A stretch of DNA of 25,940 nucleotides, taken from NCBI GenBank assembly GCA_041498975.1, contig JBGQJI010000024.1, positions 1-25,940 of the forward strand, given 5' to 3'. Position numbers and translations under genes: made by a program. Shown in pieces: positions 9,209 through 17,285 of this stretch. Source of the stretch: Candidatus Methylomirabilis sp. (GTDB lineage Bacteria; Methylomirabilota; Methylomirabilia; Methylomirabilales; Methylomirabilaceae). Positions within the stretch are counted from its first letter, which is position 1. Each line of letters starts with the position of its first letter. The notes beneath the pieces are model-generated. The model saw only the letters and a list, made by a program, of their open reading frames with translations, was not told where the DNA came from and did no database searches.

Positions 9209-10869
9209 CGAGGCTCCAGGGACGGTAGTGCGGCCAAGGGATGCATCTGAGGCGGCCCGCTTCGACAGGGCTCAGCGCACCCTTCGACAGAGCTCAGGGC
9301 GGGTGCTTCGAGGCCACTCCCGGAAGGGTCGACCTCAGCGGTGTGCACCTTGTTGACCCGCGTCAGGATGTTCTTGACGGACGCCTCCATCCGACTTAGG
9401 AAGGGAGAGGGGTAGAGCCCGATCCAGAAGCACATGACGATGATGGGGACTAGGGTGCTCATCTCCCTGGGACTGAGGTCCTTGAGCGCGGCGTTCTTCG
9501 GGTTCTCGAGCGCGCCGAACATGGTCCGCTGATAGAGCCACAGCATATAGGCCGCGCCGAGAACGATCCCGGTGACGGCAAAGGCGGCCCAGACATAGTT
9601 GACCCTGAAGGCGCCCACAAGAATCAAAAACTCCCCGATGAACCCATTGAGTCCGGGAAGTCCCATGGAAGAGAGCATGATGATGGCGAACAGCGTGGCG
9701 TAGACCGGCATCTGTTTGGAGAGCCCTCCCAACTCCGAGATGAGCCTGGTGTGGCGCCGGTCGTAAATCAGGCCGACGATCAGGAAGAGGGCGCCGGTCG
9801 AGAGGCCATGATTGACCATCTGGATGATGCTCCCCTGGACACCCTGCATGTTCAGGGCGAACATGCCCAGCATGACGAAGCCCATGTGGCTGACGGAACT
9901 GTAGGCGATCAGGCGCTTCATGTCGGGCTGGACCATGCAGACCATCGCGCCGTAAATGATGGAGATGATCGAGAGGACGACGATCATGGGAACGAAGTGC
10001 CGCGTTGCCTCGGGGAACATCGGCAGATTGAACCGGATAAAGCCGTAGGACCCCATCTTGAGGAGGACGCCTGCCAGAATGACGCTGCCAGCCGTCGGGG
10101 CGTCGGTGTGGGCGTCCGGCAGCCAGGTGTGGAATGGGAACAGCGGAACCTTGATCGCAAAGCTCAGAAAGAATGACAGCCAAACCAGGTCCTGGAACGA
10201 GAACGGAACGCCGAGGAGGGTGAAGAGCGGGGTCGAGGGGTACGAGACCGTCATCAGTCGAAGGAGATCGAAGGTGTAAGCCCCGGTCTGGGAACCATGG
10301 TGGAAGTAGATCGCCAGGATCCCCAGGAGCATGATCACGCTGCCAAACAGGGTATAGAGGAAGAACTTGATGGCCGAGTAGAGACGACGGTCGCTCCCCC
10401 AAACGCCGATGAGGAAATACATCGGGACCAGCATCACCTCCCAGAAAATGTAAAAGAGAAAGAAATCGAGCGCGAAGAAGACCCCGAGCATCCCCGTCTC
10501 AAGGACCAGGAGAAAGGCAAAATACTCCTTCAGCCGCTCCGTGATCGACTCCCATGAACAGATCACCCCGATCACCGACAGGAAGGTGGTCAGCATGACC
10601 AGCCAGATGCTGATGCCGTCGAGGCCAAAGTGATAGGTCACCCCCAGGGAAGGGATCCAGGAGAACTGTTCCACGAACTGCATGTCTGCAGTGGCGGCGT
10701 CGAAGTGGGCCGGAAGCCATAACGACGCCACAAAGCTGGCCAGCGAGAAGGCCAGAGCAGTCCAGCGGATGGCGCCCCTCGACTCCTTCGGGATCAGGAA
10801 GATCAGGACAACTCCGAGCACGGGGAGGTACGCGATCAAGGAAAGGATCGGGAACTGAAGGACATTCAT
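9205..10869 (-). CDS. nuoM: NADH-quinone oxidoreductase subunit M with ~40-aa C-terminal tail
   Basis: FYIFWEVMLVPMY, AIKVPLFPFHTWLPDAH, LAGVLLKMG, AYSSVSHMG, LPGLNGFIGEF; AGGAGG upstream. Confidence 0.97.
   Translation of the reverse strand: MNVLQFPILSLIAYLPVLGVVLIFLIPKESRGAIRWTALAFSLASFVASLWLPAHFDAATADMQFVEQFSWIPSLGVTYHFGLDGISIWLVMLTTFLSVIGVICSWESITERLKEYFAFLLVLETGMLGVFFALDFFLFYIFWEVMLVPMYFLIGVWGSDRRLYSAIKFFLYTLFGSVIMLLGILAIYFHHGSQTGAYTFDLLRLMTVSYPSTPLFTLLGVPFSFQDLVWLSFFLSFAIKVPLFPFHTWLPDAHTDAPTAGSVILAGVLLKMGSYGFIRFNLPMFPEATRHFVPMIVVLSIISIIYGAMVCMVQPDMKRLIAYSSVSHMGFVMLGMFALNMQGVQGSIIQMVNHGLSTGALFLIVGLIYDRRHTRLISELGGLSKQMPVYATLFAIIMLSSMGLPGLNGFIGEFLILVGAFRVNYVWAAFAVTGIVLGAAYMLWLYQRTMFGALENPKNAALKDLSPREMSTLVPIIVMCFWIGLYPSPFLSRMEASVKNILTRVNKVHTAEVDPSGSGLEAPALSSVEGCAEPCRSGPPQMHPLAALPSLEPR
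9260..9297. repeat. 16-nt direct repeat (REP-like) inside the nuoM 3' end
   Basis: CTTCGACAGGGCTCAG (9260-9275) and CTTCGACAGAGCTCAG (9282-9297), one mismatch, 22-nt period. Confidence 0.75.
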
Positions 10870-10887
10870 TGGAGCAGCACACCTCCT

Positions 10888-10967
10888 GTTCCAAGTTCCA
10901 TGTTCCGGGTCCCGGGTTCCAAGCTCCTGGACCTTGTTTGAAACCCCGAATTTGGAACCGGGAACCC
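10888..10967. repeat. Inverted heptamer tandem array in the nuoL1-nuoM spacer
   Basis: GTTCCAA GTTCCAT GTTCCGG GTCCCGG GTTCCAA GCTCCTG ... GAAACCC CGAATTT GGAACCG GGAACCC. Confidence 0.85.
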
Positions 10968-10981
10968 CCTACTGCACCATG

Positions 10982-12952
10982 TCAGGGGAAAATGAAGAGA
11001 TATATAACGACCATGCCGAGGATGCCCAGCGCCATGGCCAGGATATAGTTCTGGACGATGCCCGTCTGCAGCCGGCGAAGACGGAGGCTTCCGCCCTGGA
11101 TCACATCGGCCACAGCATTGACCAGCCCGTCTACGATCTTCAGGTCGTTCCAGGCCGAGAGCAGGCTCAACCGGACGGTCAGCCAACTGCTCCCGTTGAC
11201 CGCCCCGTCAACGACCCTGGAATCTACCCCCCACAGGAAGCGGCAGACGTTCTTCCCGAAGTCGACGAAGATCGCCTGATACAGCTCGTCCACCCAATAC
11301 TTGTTCAACAGAAGGAGATAGACACCCTTCATCCGCTCGGCGAGTGCCGAGGGAAGTTCCGGCCGCCTGATGTAAAACTGGTAGGCCAGGCCGATCCCCA
11401 ACAGTGCGATGGCCAGCGACAGCGCGGCCATGCCGACCTGTGATGAAATCGTGGCATGGGCCATCTCTATCGCCGTTTCGTGAGCAGTCTCGAACACTGG
11501 GGCCACGAAACGATGGTACAACCCCTGGTCGGGAGGGAACCCGAACGCCAAGCCAGCGATCACGGAGAACAACCCGAGCACCACAAGCGGATACGCCATG
11601 TTCGGCGGCGATTCGTGGAGATGGTGACCCACGTGGGCATCGCCACGGAACGGACCGGTGAAGACCTGGAAGAAGAGCCTGAACATATAGAAGGCCGTGA
11701 GGAAAGCACCTACAAGGCCCAGGAGCCACGGAACCGTCAACCCACGCTCGAAGGCGTTGAACAAGATCTCGTCCTTAGACCAAAAACCGGCCAGGGGGAA
11801 GATCCCCGCGTTCGCCAGCGAGGCCAGCAGGAAGGTCCAGGCAGTGATCGGCATTGCCTTCCAAAGCCCGCCCATCCTTCGGATGTCCTGCTCCCCATGC
11901 AGCGAATGAATGACCGAGCCTGCGCCAAGGAAGAGGAGGGCCTTAAAAAAGGCATGGGTGCCCAGGTGGAAGATGGCCGAGGCGTAGGCTCCCGCGCCCG
12001 CACCCAGGAACATGTACCCGAGCTGCGAGATGGTGGAATAGGCCACGACCCGCTTGATGTCGTTCTGGACGAGCGCGATCGTGGCAGAGAAGACGGCAGT
12101 CAGCGCGCCGACCCAGGCCACCAGGTCGAGGCTGAACGGCGCGAGGTTATAGAGCGGGTGCGACCGGGCCACCATGTAGACACCAGCCGTCACCATGGTA
12201 GCCGCGTGGATCAGCGCCGACACCGGGGTCGGCCCTTCCATCGCATCGGGTAGCCAGACGTAAAGCGGGAGCTGCGCCGACTTTCCCATCGCCCCCACGA
12301 ACAGTAGCAGCGTGATCGCGGTATAGATCCCCGTACCAAGGGCGGGGTCGACCGCCTTGAAGACATCAGCGTACTTCAGCGAGCCGAATGTGCTCCAGAT
12401 GAGGAAGAGCCCGAGCAGGAATCCGGCGTCGCCGATCCGGTTGACGACGAAGGCCTTTTTCCCGGCGTCCGCCGCCGATTGTTTCTCATACCAGAAGCCT
12501 ATCAGAAGGTATGAGCAGAGCCCGACCCCCTCCCACCCCAGAAACATCAGGAGATAGTTGTTGGCCAGCACAAGCACCAACATGGAGAACATGAAGAGGT
12601 TGAGGTAGGTGAAGAACCGGGCGTAGCCGCGGTCGTCGTGCATGTAACCGATCGAATAGACGTGAATCAGAAATCCCACGAAGGTGACCACCAGCATCAT
12701 GACCGCCGAGAGCGGGTCGACCAGAAGCCCGATCGGCGCCTGGAAGTCGCCGACTTCCAGCCAGGAGTAGAGGTCCCAATCGAGGCCTTCACCGCCGACC
12801 GCCCGGACGAAGACCAGGAACGCCACAAGGCACGACAGCCCCGAAGCGGAGACGGCGATCAGGTGGGCTCGGCCCCTGATCTTGCTCCCAAACAGCCCGT
12901 TGATCAGGACCCCGAGCAGGGGCAGCAATGGTACGAGCACAACGAGTTTCAT
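10982..12952 (-). CDS. nuoL: NADH-quinone oxidoreductase subunit L, copy 1, with extended lateral helix
   Basis: GWEGVGLCSYLLIGFW, GKSAQLPLYVWLPDAMEGPTPVSALIHAATMV, HAFFKALLFL, GFWSKDEIL, QTG; start ATG 12952 (upstream extension is translated repeat). Confidence 0.97.
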   Translation of the reverse strand: MKLVVLVPLLPLLGVLINGLFGSKIRGRAHLIAVSASGLSCLVAFLVFVRAVGGEGLDWDLYSWLEVGDFQAPIGLLVDPLSAVMMLVVTFVGFLIHVYSIGYMHDDRGYARFFTYLNLFMFSMLVLVLANNYLLMFLGWEGVGLCSYLLIGFWYEKQSAADAGKKAFVVNRIGDAGFLLGLFLIWSTFGSLKYADVFKAVDPALGTGIYTAITLLLFVGAMGKSAQLPLYVWLPDAMEGPTPVSALIHAATMVTAGVYMVARSHPLYNLAPFSLDLVAWVGALTAVFSATIALVQNDIKRVVAYSTISQLGYMFLGAGAGAYASAIFHLGTHAFFKALLFLGAGSVIHSLHGEQDIRRMGGLWKAMPITAWTFLLASLANAGIFPLAGFWSKDEILFNAFERGLTVPWLLGLVGAFLTAFYMFRLFFQVFTGPFRGDAHVGHHLHESPPNMAYPLVVLGLFSVIAGLAFGFPPDQGLYHRFVAPVFETAHETAIEMAHATISSQVGMAALSLAIALLGIGLAYQFYIRRPELPSALAERMKGVYLLLLNKYWVDELYQAIFVDFGKNVCRFLWGVDSRVVDGAVNGSSWLTVRLSLLSAWNDLKIVDGLVNAVADVIQGGSLRLRRLQTGIVQNYILAMALGILGMVVIYLFIFP

Positions 12953-12956
12953 ATGG

Positions 12957-13096
12957 GTTCCAGGTTCCAGGTTCCCCATTCAAGGTTCAAAGTTCTAGGT
13001 TGCGACAAGCTCAAGGTTTTCCGTTCAAGGCCCAAGCTTCCAGGAGTCTGAATCAGGATGCCCTTCAACCTTGAACGTTGCACTTTGGACCTTGAC
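12957..13096. repeat. Inverted heptamer tandem array in the nuoK1-nuoL1 spacer
   Basis: GTTCCAG x2, GTTCCCC, ATTCAAG, GTTCAAA, GTTCTAG; GCTCAAG GTTTTCC GTTCAAG GCCCAAG CTTCCAG; opposite arm CCTTCAA CCTTGAA CGTTGCA CTTTGGA CCTTGAC. Confidence 0.85.
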
Positions 13097-13102
13097 CATT
13101 CC

Positions 13103-13411
13103 TTACCATTTCATCAGATTGATTTCGTCAACATTGACGGTTTTGAAGTTGCGGTACAGCCCGAGGATGATCGCGAGCCCCACTGCCGCCTCAGCCGCGG
13201 CCACCGTGATGACGAAGATGGCGAAGATCTGTCCCTGCAGCATCGTCTGGGGAAGATATCGAGAGAATGCCACGAAGTCGAGGTTGACGGCGTTGAACAT
13301 CAATTCCAGCGCCATGAGAATCCCGATGGCGTTGCGGCGCGTCAGGGCCCCGAACATCCCGATGGCGAAGAGGGCCGCGCTGAGGATCAAGTAGTGCGAA
13401 AGCGGTACCAT
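13103..13411 (-). CDS. nuoK: NADH-quinone oxidoreductase subunit K, copy 1
   Basis: [42 protein letters not shown]. Confidence 0.97.
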   Translation of the reverse strand: MVPLSHYLILSAALFAIGMFGALTRRNAIGILMALELMFNAVNLDFVAFSRYLPQTMLQGQIFAIFVITVAAAEAAVGLAIILGLYRNFKTVNVDEINLMKW

Positions 13412-13414
13412 CCC

Positions 13415-13918
13415 TCAGTCCTTTTCCCGGTCTCGCCTGGCCAGGATGATGGCGCCGACCATCGCTGCCAAGAGTAGGATCGACACGGCCTCGAATGGCA
13501 GGACATATGTCGTCAGCAGAAGCCGTCCCAACGAGGCAGTGGCATACGACGCCGGAGGGGGTGAGCCCGCAGGAACGATCCCTCTCAGGTTGGCATAGGC
13601 CATGAGGGCGAAGATGGCGAAGACCACCAGGGCGCTGATCCCCGCCTGTTCGTTCAAGATCTTGACACCTCGGGCTGAGATACGGCTGGTCAACATGATG
13701 GCGAAGAGCAACAGGATGGTAATTCCACCCACATACAGCAGGACCTGAACTGCCGCCAGGAACTCCGCATCGAGGAGGATGTACAGAGCGGCCACGCCGA
13801 AGAAGGTAAAGACCAGCGCGATGGCAGAATGGACGATATTCGTGGCCAGAACCACAAGGAAAGCCGCCCCCAGGGTGAAGGCAGCCAGGATATAGAACAC
13901 AGCCTGGGTGACGGTCAT
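13415..13918 (-). CDS. nuoJ: NADH-quinone oxidoreductase subunit J, copy 1
   Basis: NIVHSAIAL, AEFLAAVQVLLYVGGITILLLFAIML, PFEAVSILLLAAMVGA; ATG 13918 with GAGGAGG RBS. Confidence 0.96.
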   Translation of the reverse strand: MTVTQAVFYILAAFTLGAAFLVVLATNIVHSAIALVFTFFGVAALYILLDAEFLAAVQVLLYVGGITILLLFAIMLTSRISARGVKILNEQAGISALVVFAIFALMAYANLRGIVPAGSPPPASYATASLGRLLLTTYVLPFEAVSILLLAAMVGAIILARRDREKD

Positions 13919-13935
13919 CGGCGACCTCCTCGCCA

Positions 13936-14952
13936 CTACCCGCGAAGGACCAAGACCAGCCCGGTGACTCCCATGTTCAGAAACGCCAGCGGCAGCAGGA
14001 CCTTCCACCCCAGGTACATGAGCTGATCGACGCGCAGCCTGGCCAGGGTCCAGCGAAGCCACATCATGACGAAGATAAGAAAATAGGTCTTCACGAGGAA
14101 CCAGAGCCACGGCGGCAGCAGCGGCCCATGCCATCCCCCCAGAAAAAGCGTAGTGGCAATCGCCGACACGGTGAACATGTTGGCATACTCCGCCAGGAAG
14201 AAGATGGCGAAGCGCATCCCGCTATATTCAACGTGAAAGCCGGCCACCAGCTCCGATTCGGCTTCCGGGATGTCGAACGGCAACCGGTTGCACTCGGCGA
14301 TCGCCGCCATGAGGTAGATGAGGAACCCTAAGAACTGCGGGATCACGAACCAGATCCGCTGCTGCGCCTCCACGATCTGGATCATGCTGAGAGACCCCAC
14401 CGTCATGATCACCCCGATGACCGAAACGACAAGGGGAATCTCGTAGCTGACCGCCTGGGCCGCCGATCGAAGCGCGCCCAGGACCGAGTACTTGTTGTTG
14501 GAGCTCCAGCCGGCCATGATAATCCCCACCACGGTCAGGGAGGAGATCGAGATATAAAAGAGGACGCCGATGTTCAGGTCCCGGACGATCAGGTGTGGGC
14601 CGAAGGGGATGATCACGTAGGCGGCGAGCGCGGCGGCGAAGACGACCATCGGCGCCAGGGCAAACACCACCTTGTCTGCGCCGGCGGGAATGATGTCCTC
14701 CTTGATGAGGAGCTTGATCCCGTCGGCGATGCTCTGGGCCCAGCCGTGCCAGCCGCCGACCCTCATCGGCCCGTACCGGACCTGGATGTGCGCGCTGATC
14801 TTCCGTTCCCACCAGATCATGAACATGACCGAGACGGAGATGAAGAGAATGACCACGCTCACCACCACCAGCATCACGATCAACTGGGGGACGACTGGGG
14901 GTACGCCCCACGCGGCAAAGGCGTTGTAGAACCTCTCTACGGCGTTTTCCAT
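13936..14952 (-). CDS. nuoH: NADH-quinone oxidoreductase subunit H, copy 1
   Basis: ERKISAHIQVRYGP, SNNKYSVLGALRSAAQ, AECNRLPFDIPEAESELVAG, RLRVDQLM. Confidence 0.97.
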   Translation of the reverse strand: MENAVERFYNAFAAWGVPPVVPQLIVMLVVVSVVILFISVSVMFMIWWERKISAHIQVRYGPMRVGGWHGWAQSIADGIKLLIKEDIIPAGADKVVFALAPMVVFAAALAAYVIIPFGPHLIVRDLNIGVLFYISISSLTVVGIIMAGWSSNNKYSVLGALRSAAQAVSYEIPLVVSVIGVIMTVGSLSMIQIVEAQQRIWFVIPQFLGFLIYLMAAIAECNRLPFDIPEAESELVAGFHVEYSGMRFAIFFLAEYANMFTVSAIATTLFLGGWHGPLLPPWLWFLVKTYFLIFVMMWLRWTLARLRVDQLMYLGWKVLLPLAFLNMGVTGLVLVLRG

Positions 14953-15045
14953 CAGCGTCTCGCGCCCATGGTCGGCGCACCAGTGCCCGGCACGGGAGGC
15001 GTCAGAGGTGAAGGTGAAGGAAGGCGGGTCAGCCCCACTGCGATA

Positions 15046-16179
15046 TCATCGGTCCACCTCGCCCAGGACGATGTCGATGCTCCCCAGGATGGCCACCATA
15101 TCTGCGACGAGGTGCCCCGGACCGATCACGGGGAGCACGCTCAGGTTGACAAATGTCGGAGCGCGGACCTTGTAACGGTAGGGCTTCTCGGAGCCGTCAG
15201 ACACGATGTAGAATCCAAGCTCGCCCCTGGGCGACTCGACCCTGGAGTAGATGTCTCCCACCGGCGGCTTGATCTTCTTGGGGACCTTCCCCATGATCTC
15301 ACCAGGGGGCAGGGCCCGGAGGGCCTGCTCGACGATCTTCACGCTCTCCGCCATCTCAATCCGTCTGACCATGTAGCGGTCCCAGATGTCGCCGGCGCGC
15401 CCCACGGGGATGTCGAATTCGAAACGGTCGTAGATGGAGTACGGGTCGTTCCTCCGAAGGTCCCACTTGATGCCGCTGCCCCGGAGCATCGGCCCACTGA
15501 TCGCGTAGTCGATGGCGGTCTTCTGGTCGAGCTTCCCAAGTCCCTGCACACGCTTCTGGAAGATGATGTTGTCGGTCATCACGGCGTCGTACTCCGGCAG
15601 GCGCGGCTTGAACCATTCCAGAAACGCCTTGCAATCCGCCAGGAACGTCGGCGGAAAGTCCATCGGCATCCCACCGATCCTGTAAAAGGAGTAGTTCAGG
15701 CGCTGCCCGGAGACCGACTCGAACAGGTCAAGGATCTTCTCCCGCTCCCGGAAGCAGTACATGAAGATCGTGAAGTTCCCCAGATCGAGCCCGAAGGTGC
15801 CCATCCAGATCAGGTGGCTGGCAATCCGTTGCAACTCCGCCAGAATCACCCGCATATACTCGGCCCGCTCCGGCACCTGGAGCCCCATCAAGCGCTCCAC
15901 CGCCAGGACATACCCGAAGTTGTTGTACATCGAGGCGAGATAGTCCAGTCGATCGGTATACGGGATGACCTGGATATAGGTCCGGTTTTCGCCGATCTTC
16001 TCGTGACAGCGGTGCAGGTAGCCGATGTATGGGACCACCTCGCTGACCACCTCGCCGTCTAGCTTCAACAGCAGGCGCAGGACCCCGTGTGTGCTGGGGT
16101 GCTGCGGCCCCATGTTGACGTACATCTCCTCCATCGTTTCCTGGAGGTGTTCAGTGACCACGGGTTCTGGCGGATTCAT
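15046..16179 (-). CDS. nuoD: NADH-quinone oxidoreductase subunit D, copy 1 (short type)
   Basis: [48 protein letters not shown]; no hydrogenase Ni-binding CxxC pairs. Confidence 0.97.
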   Translation of the reverse strand: MNPPEPVVTEHLQETMEEMYVNMGPQHPSTHGVLRLLLKLDGEVVSEVVPYIGYLHRCHEKIGENRTYIQVIPYTDRLDYLASMYNNFGYVLAVERLMGLQVPERAEYMRVILAELQRIASHLIWMGTFGLDLGNFTIFMYCFREREKILDLFESVSGQRLNYSFYRIGGMPMDFPPTFLADCKAFLEWFKPRLPEYDAVMTDNIIFQKRVQGLGKLDQKTAIDYAISGPMLRGSGIKWDLRRNDPYSIYDRFEFDIPVGRAGDIWDRYMVRRIEMAESVKIVEQALRALPPGEIMGKVPKKIKPPVGDIYSRVESPRGELGFYIVSDGSEKPYRYKVRAPTFVNLSVLPVIGPGHLVADMVAILGSIDIVLGEVDR

Positions 16180-16271
16180 ACTTCAACTCTTGGTTGTCTC
16201 TTCCTGCTGTGAGGTCTGTTCCAGCAATCCCCTTACGCCGTCGCCGAAGCTCCCCGTCGGGCTGCTTCGCG

Positions 16272-16736
16272 CTACGCCGGCTCGTACGGAACCAGTCGCT
16301 CGTCCTGATAGTCCTTCCGCAAGGGATGGCCCACCCAATCCTCAGATGTGAGGATTCGCCGAAGATCGGGGTGGCCATCGAAGCGGATGCCCATCAGGTC
16401 ATAGGCCTCCCGTTCATGCCAGTCCGCCGTGCTCCAGAGGGACACGACGCTCCGGATGACCGGGTCCTCCCTCGGGACCCTGACCCTGACCAGAGCCTTG
16501 GTCGGCTCCTTGAGGGAGGAGAGATTATAGACCGCCTCAAGCTCGCCACTGGCGATCCGGTCCACGGAGCTGAGGCAGTTGAGGTAGTCGAACCCCATCC
16601 CCTTCAGCCCGGCGAGAATCTCATAACTTTTCCCCCGATCGATATCCATCCGGGCCTCGACACCCTTGACCTCCGAAGCCTTGACGGCCTCGCAGAACTG
16701 CGACCTGATCGCCTGGATCACCTCCTCGGGCGTCAT
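16272..16736 (-). CDS. nuoC: NADH-quinone oxidoreductase subunit C, copy 1
   Basis: [34 protein letters not shown] 16736 overlaps the nuoA stop (TGATG). Confidence 0.96.
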   Translation of the reverse strand: MTPEEVIQAIRSQFCEAVKASEVKGVEARMDIDRGKSYEILAGLKGMGFDYLNCLSSVDRIASGELEAVYNLSSLKEPTKALVRVRVPREDPVIRSVVSLWSTADWHEREAYDLMGIRFDGHPDLRRILTSEDWVGHPLRKDYQDERLVPYEPA

Positions 16737-17095
16737 CAGACCCACTCCAGGGCGCCTTTCCGCCAAGCATAGGCGAAGCCCACCAGCAGGATGGCGATAA
16801 AAAGCATCATCTCCACGAATGCAAACAGCCCGAGTTTCCGGAAAACGATCGCCCAGGGATAGAGGAAGATCGTCTCCACGGTGAAGATGACATAGACCAG
16901 GGCGTACAGGTAGTAGCGGACGTGGACGCGAATCCAGGGGCTGCCGATCGCGTCCTCACCGCACTCGTACGTGGTCAACTTCTCCGGCTGGGGGTTACTC
17001 GGGCGAAGCAGGCGGGAAACGACGTCGACGTTGACGACGACGAACAGCACGCCCACCACCAGGAAAACGCCCACGACTGCGTAATCTGCCGCCAT
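16736..17095 (-). CDS. nuoA: NADH-quinone oxidoreductase subunit A, copy 1
   Basis: KLTTYECGE, RYYLYALVYVIFTVETIFLYPW, AWRKGALEW; TAGGTG RBS. Confidence 0.96.
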   Translation of the reverse strand: MAADYAVVGVFLVVGVLFVVVNVDVVSRLLRPSNPQPEKLTTYECGEDAIGSPWIRVHVRYYLYALVYVIFTVETIFLYPWAIVFRKLGLFAFVEMMLFIAILLVGFAYAWRKGALEWV

Positions 17096-17199
17096 GCTAT
17101 CACCTACATTCGTCGCGCGGGTCCGACTCGGGCGAGGCGTGCGTTGAGGAGTGGCCCCGTGGGGGGATCAGCGAGGCCGATGATCTTGACGATGACAAG

Positions 17200-17221
17200 A
17201 AAAATGCCCCGTACAGGGCAT
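17200..17221 (-). terminator. Intrinsic terminator-like hairpin in the nuoA1 upstream region
   Basis: Minus strand ATGCCCT-GTAC-GGGGCAT followed by TTTTCTTGT. Confidence 0.55.
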
Positions 17222-17285
17222 CCTGAAGAACTTCGCGATCGTTTGCGGAACCACCTTTCGGAATTCCCCGACCGACTTCGTGAAA

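Noticed and set aside
9335..10402. 355-aa same-strand alternative-frame ORF inside nuoM (also 14228-14980 inside nuoH1)
   Set aside because: Arg/Pro/His-rich frame-shift shadow of a well-supported gene.
14593..16062. Long plus-strand ORFs (489 aa here; also 2927-3805, 4224-5030, 7703-8359, 11456-12253, 23238-23990)
   Set aside because: Antisense shadows of high-GC genes with strong codon bias; no recognisable motifs.
15046..16179. Module 1 as a group 4 [NiFe]-hydrogenase
   Set aside because: NuoD1 has no N- or C-terminal CxxC Ni ligands and has the quinone-site motifs and GEVDR end of NuoD.
17236..17274. c-di-GMP-I riboswitch (GAAA tetraloop followed by CGCAAA)
   Set aside because: Lacks the upstream GGCAAA element and the second long hairpin with tetraloop receptor; kept only as an unclassified structure.
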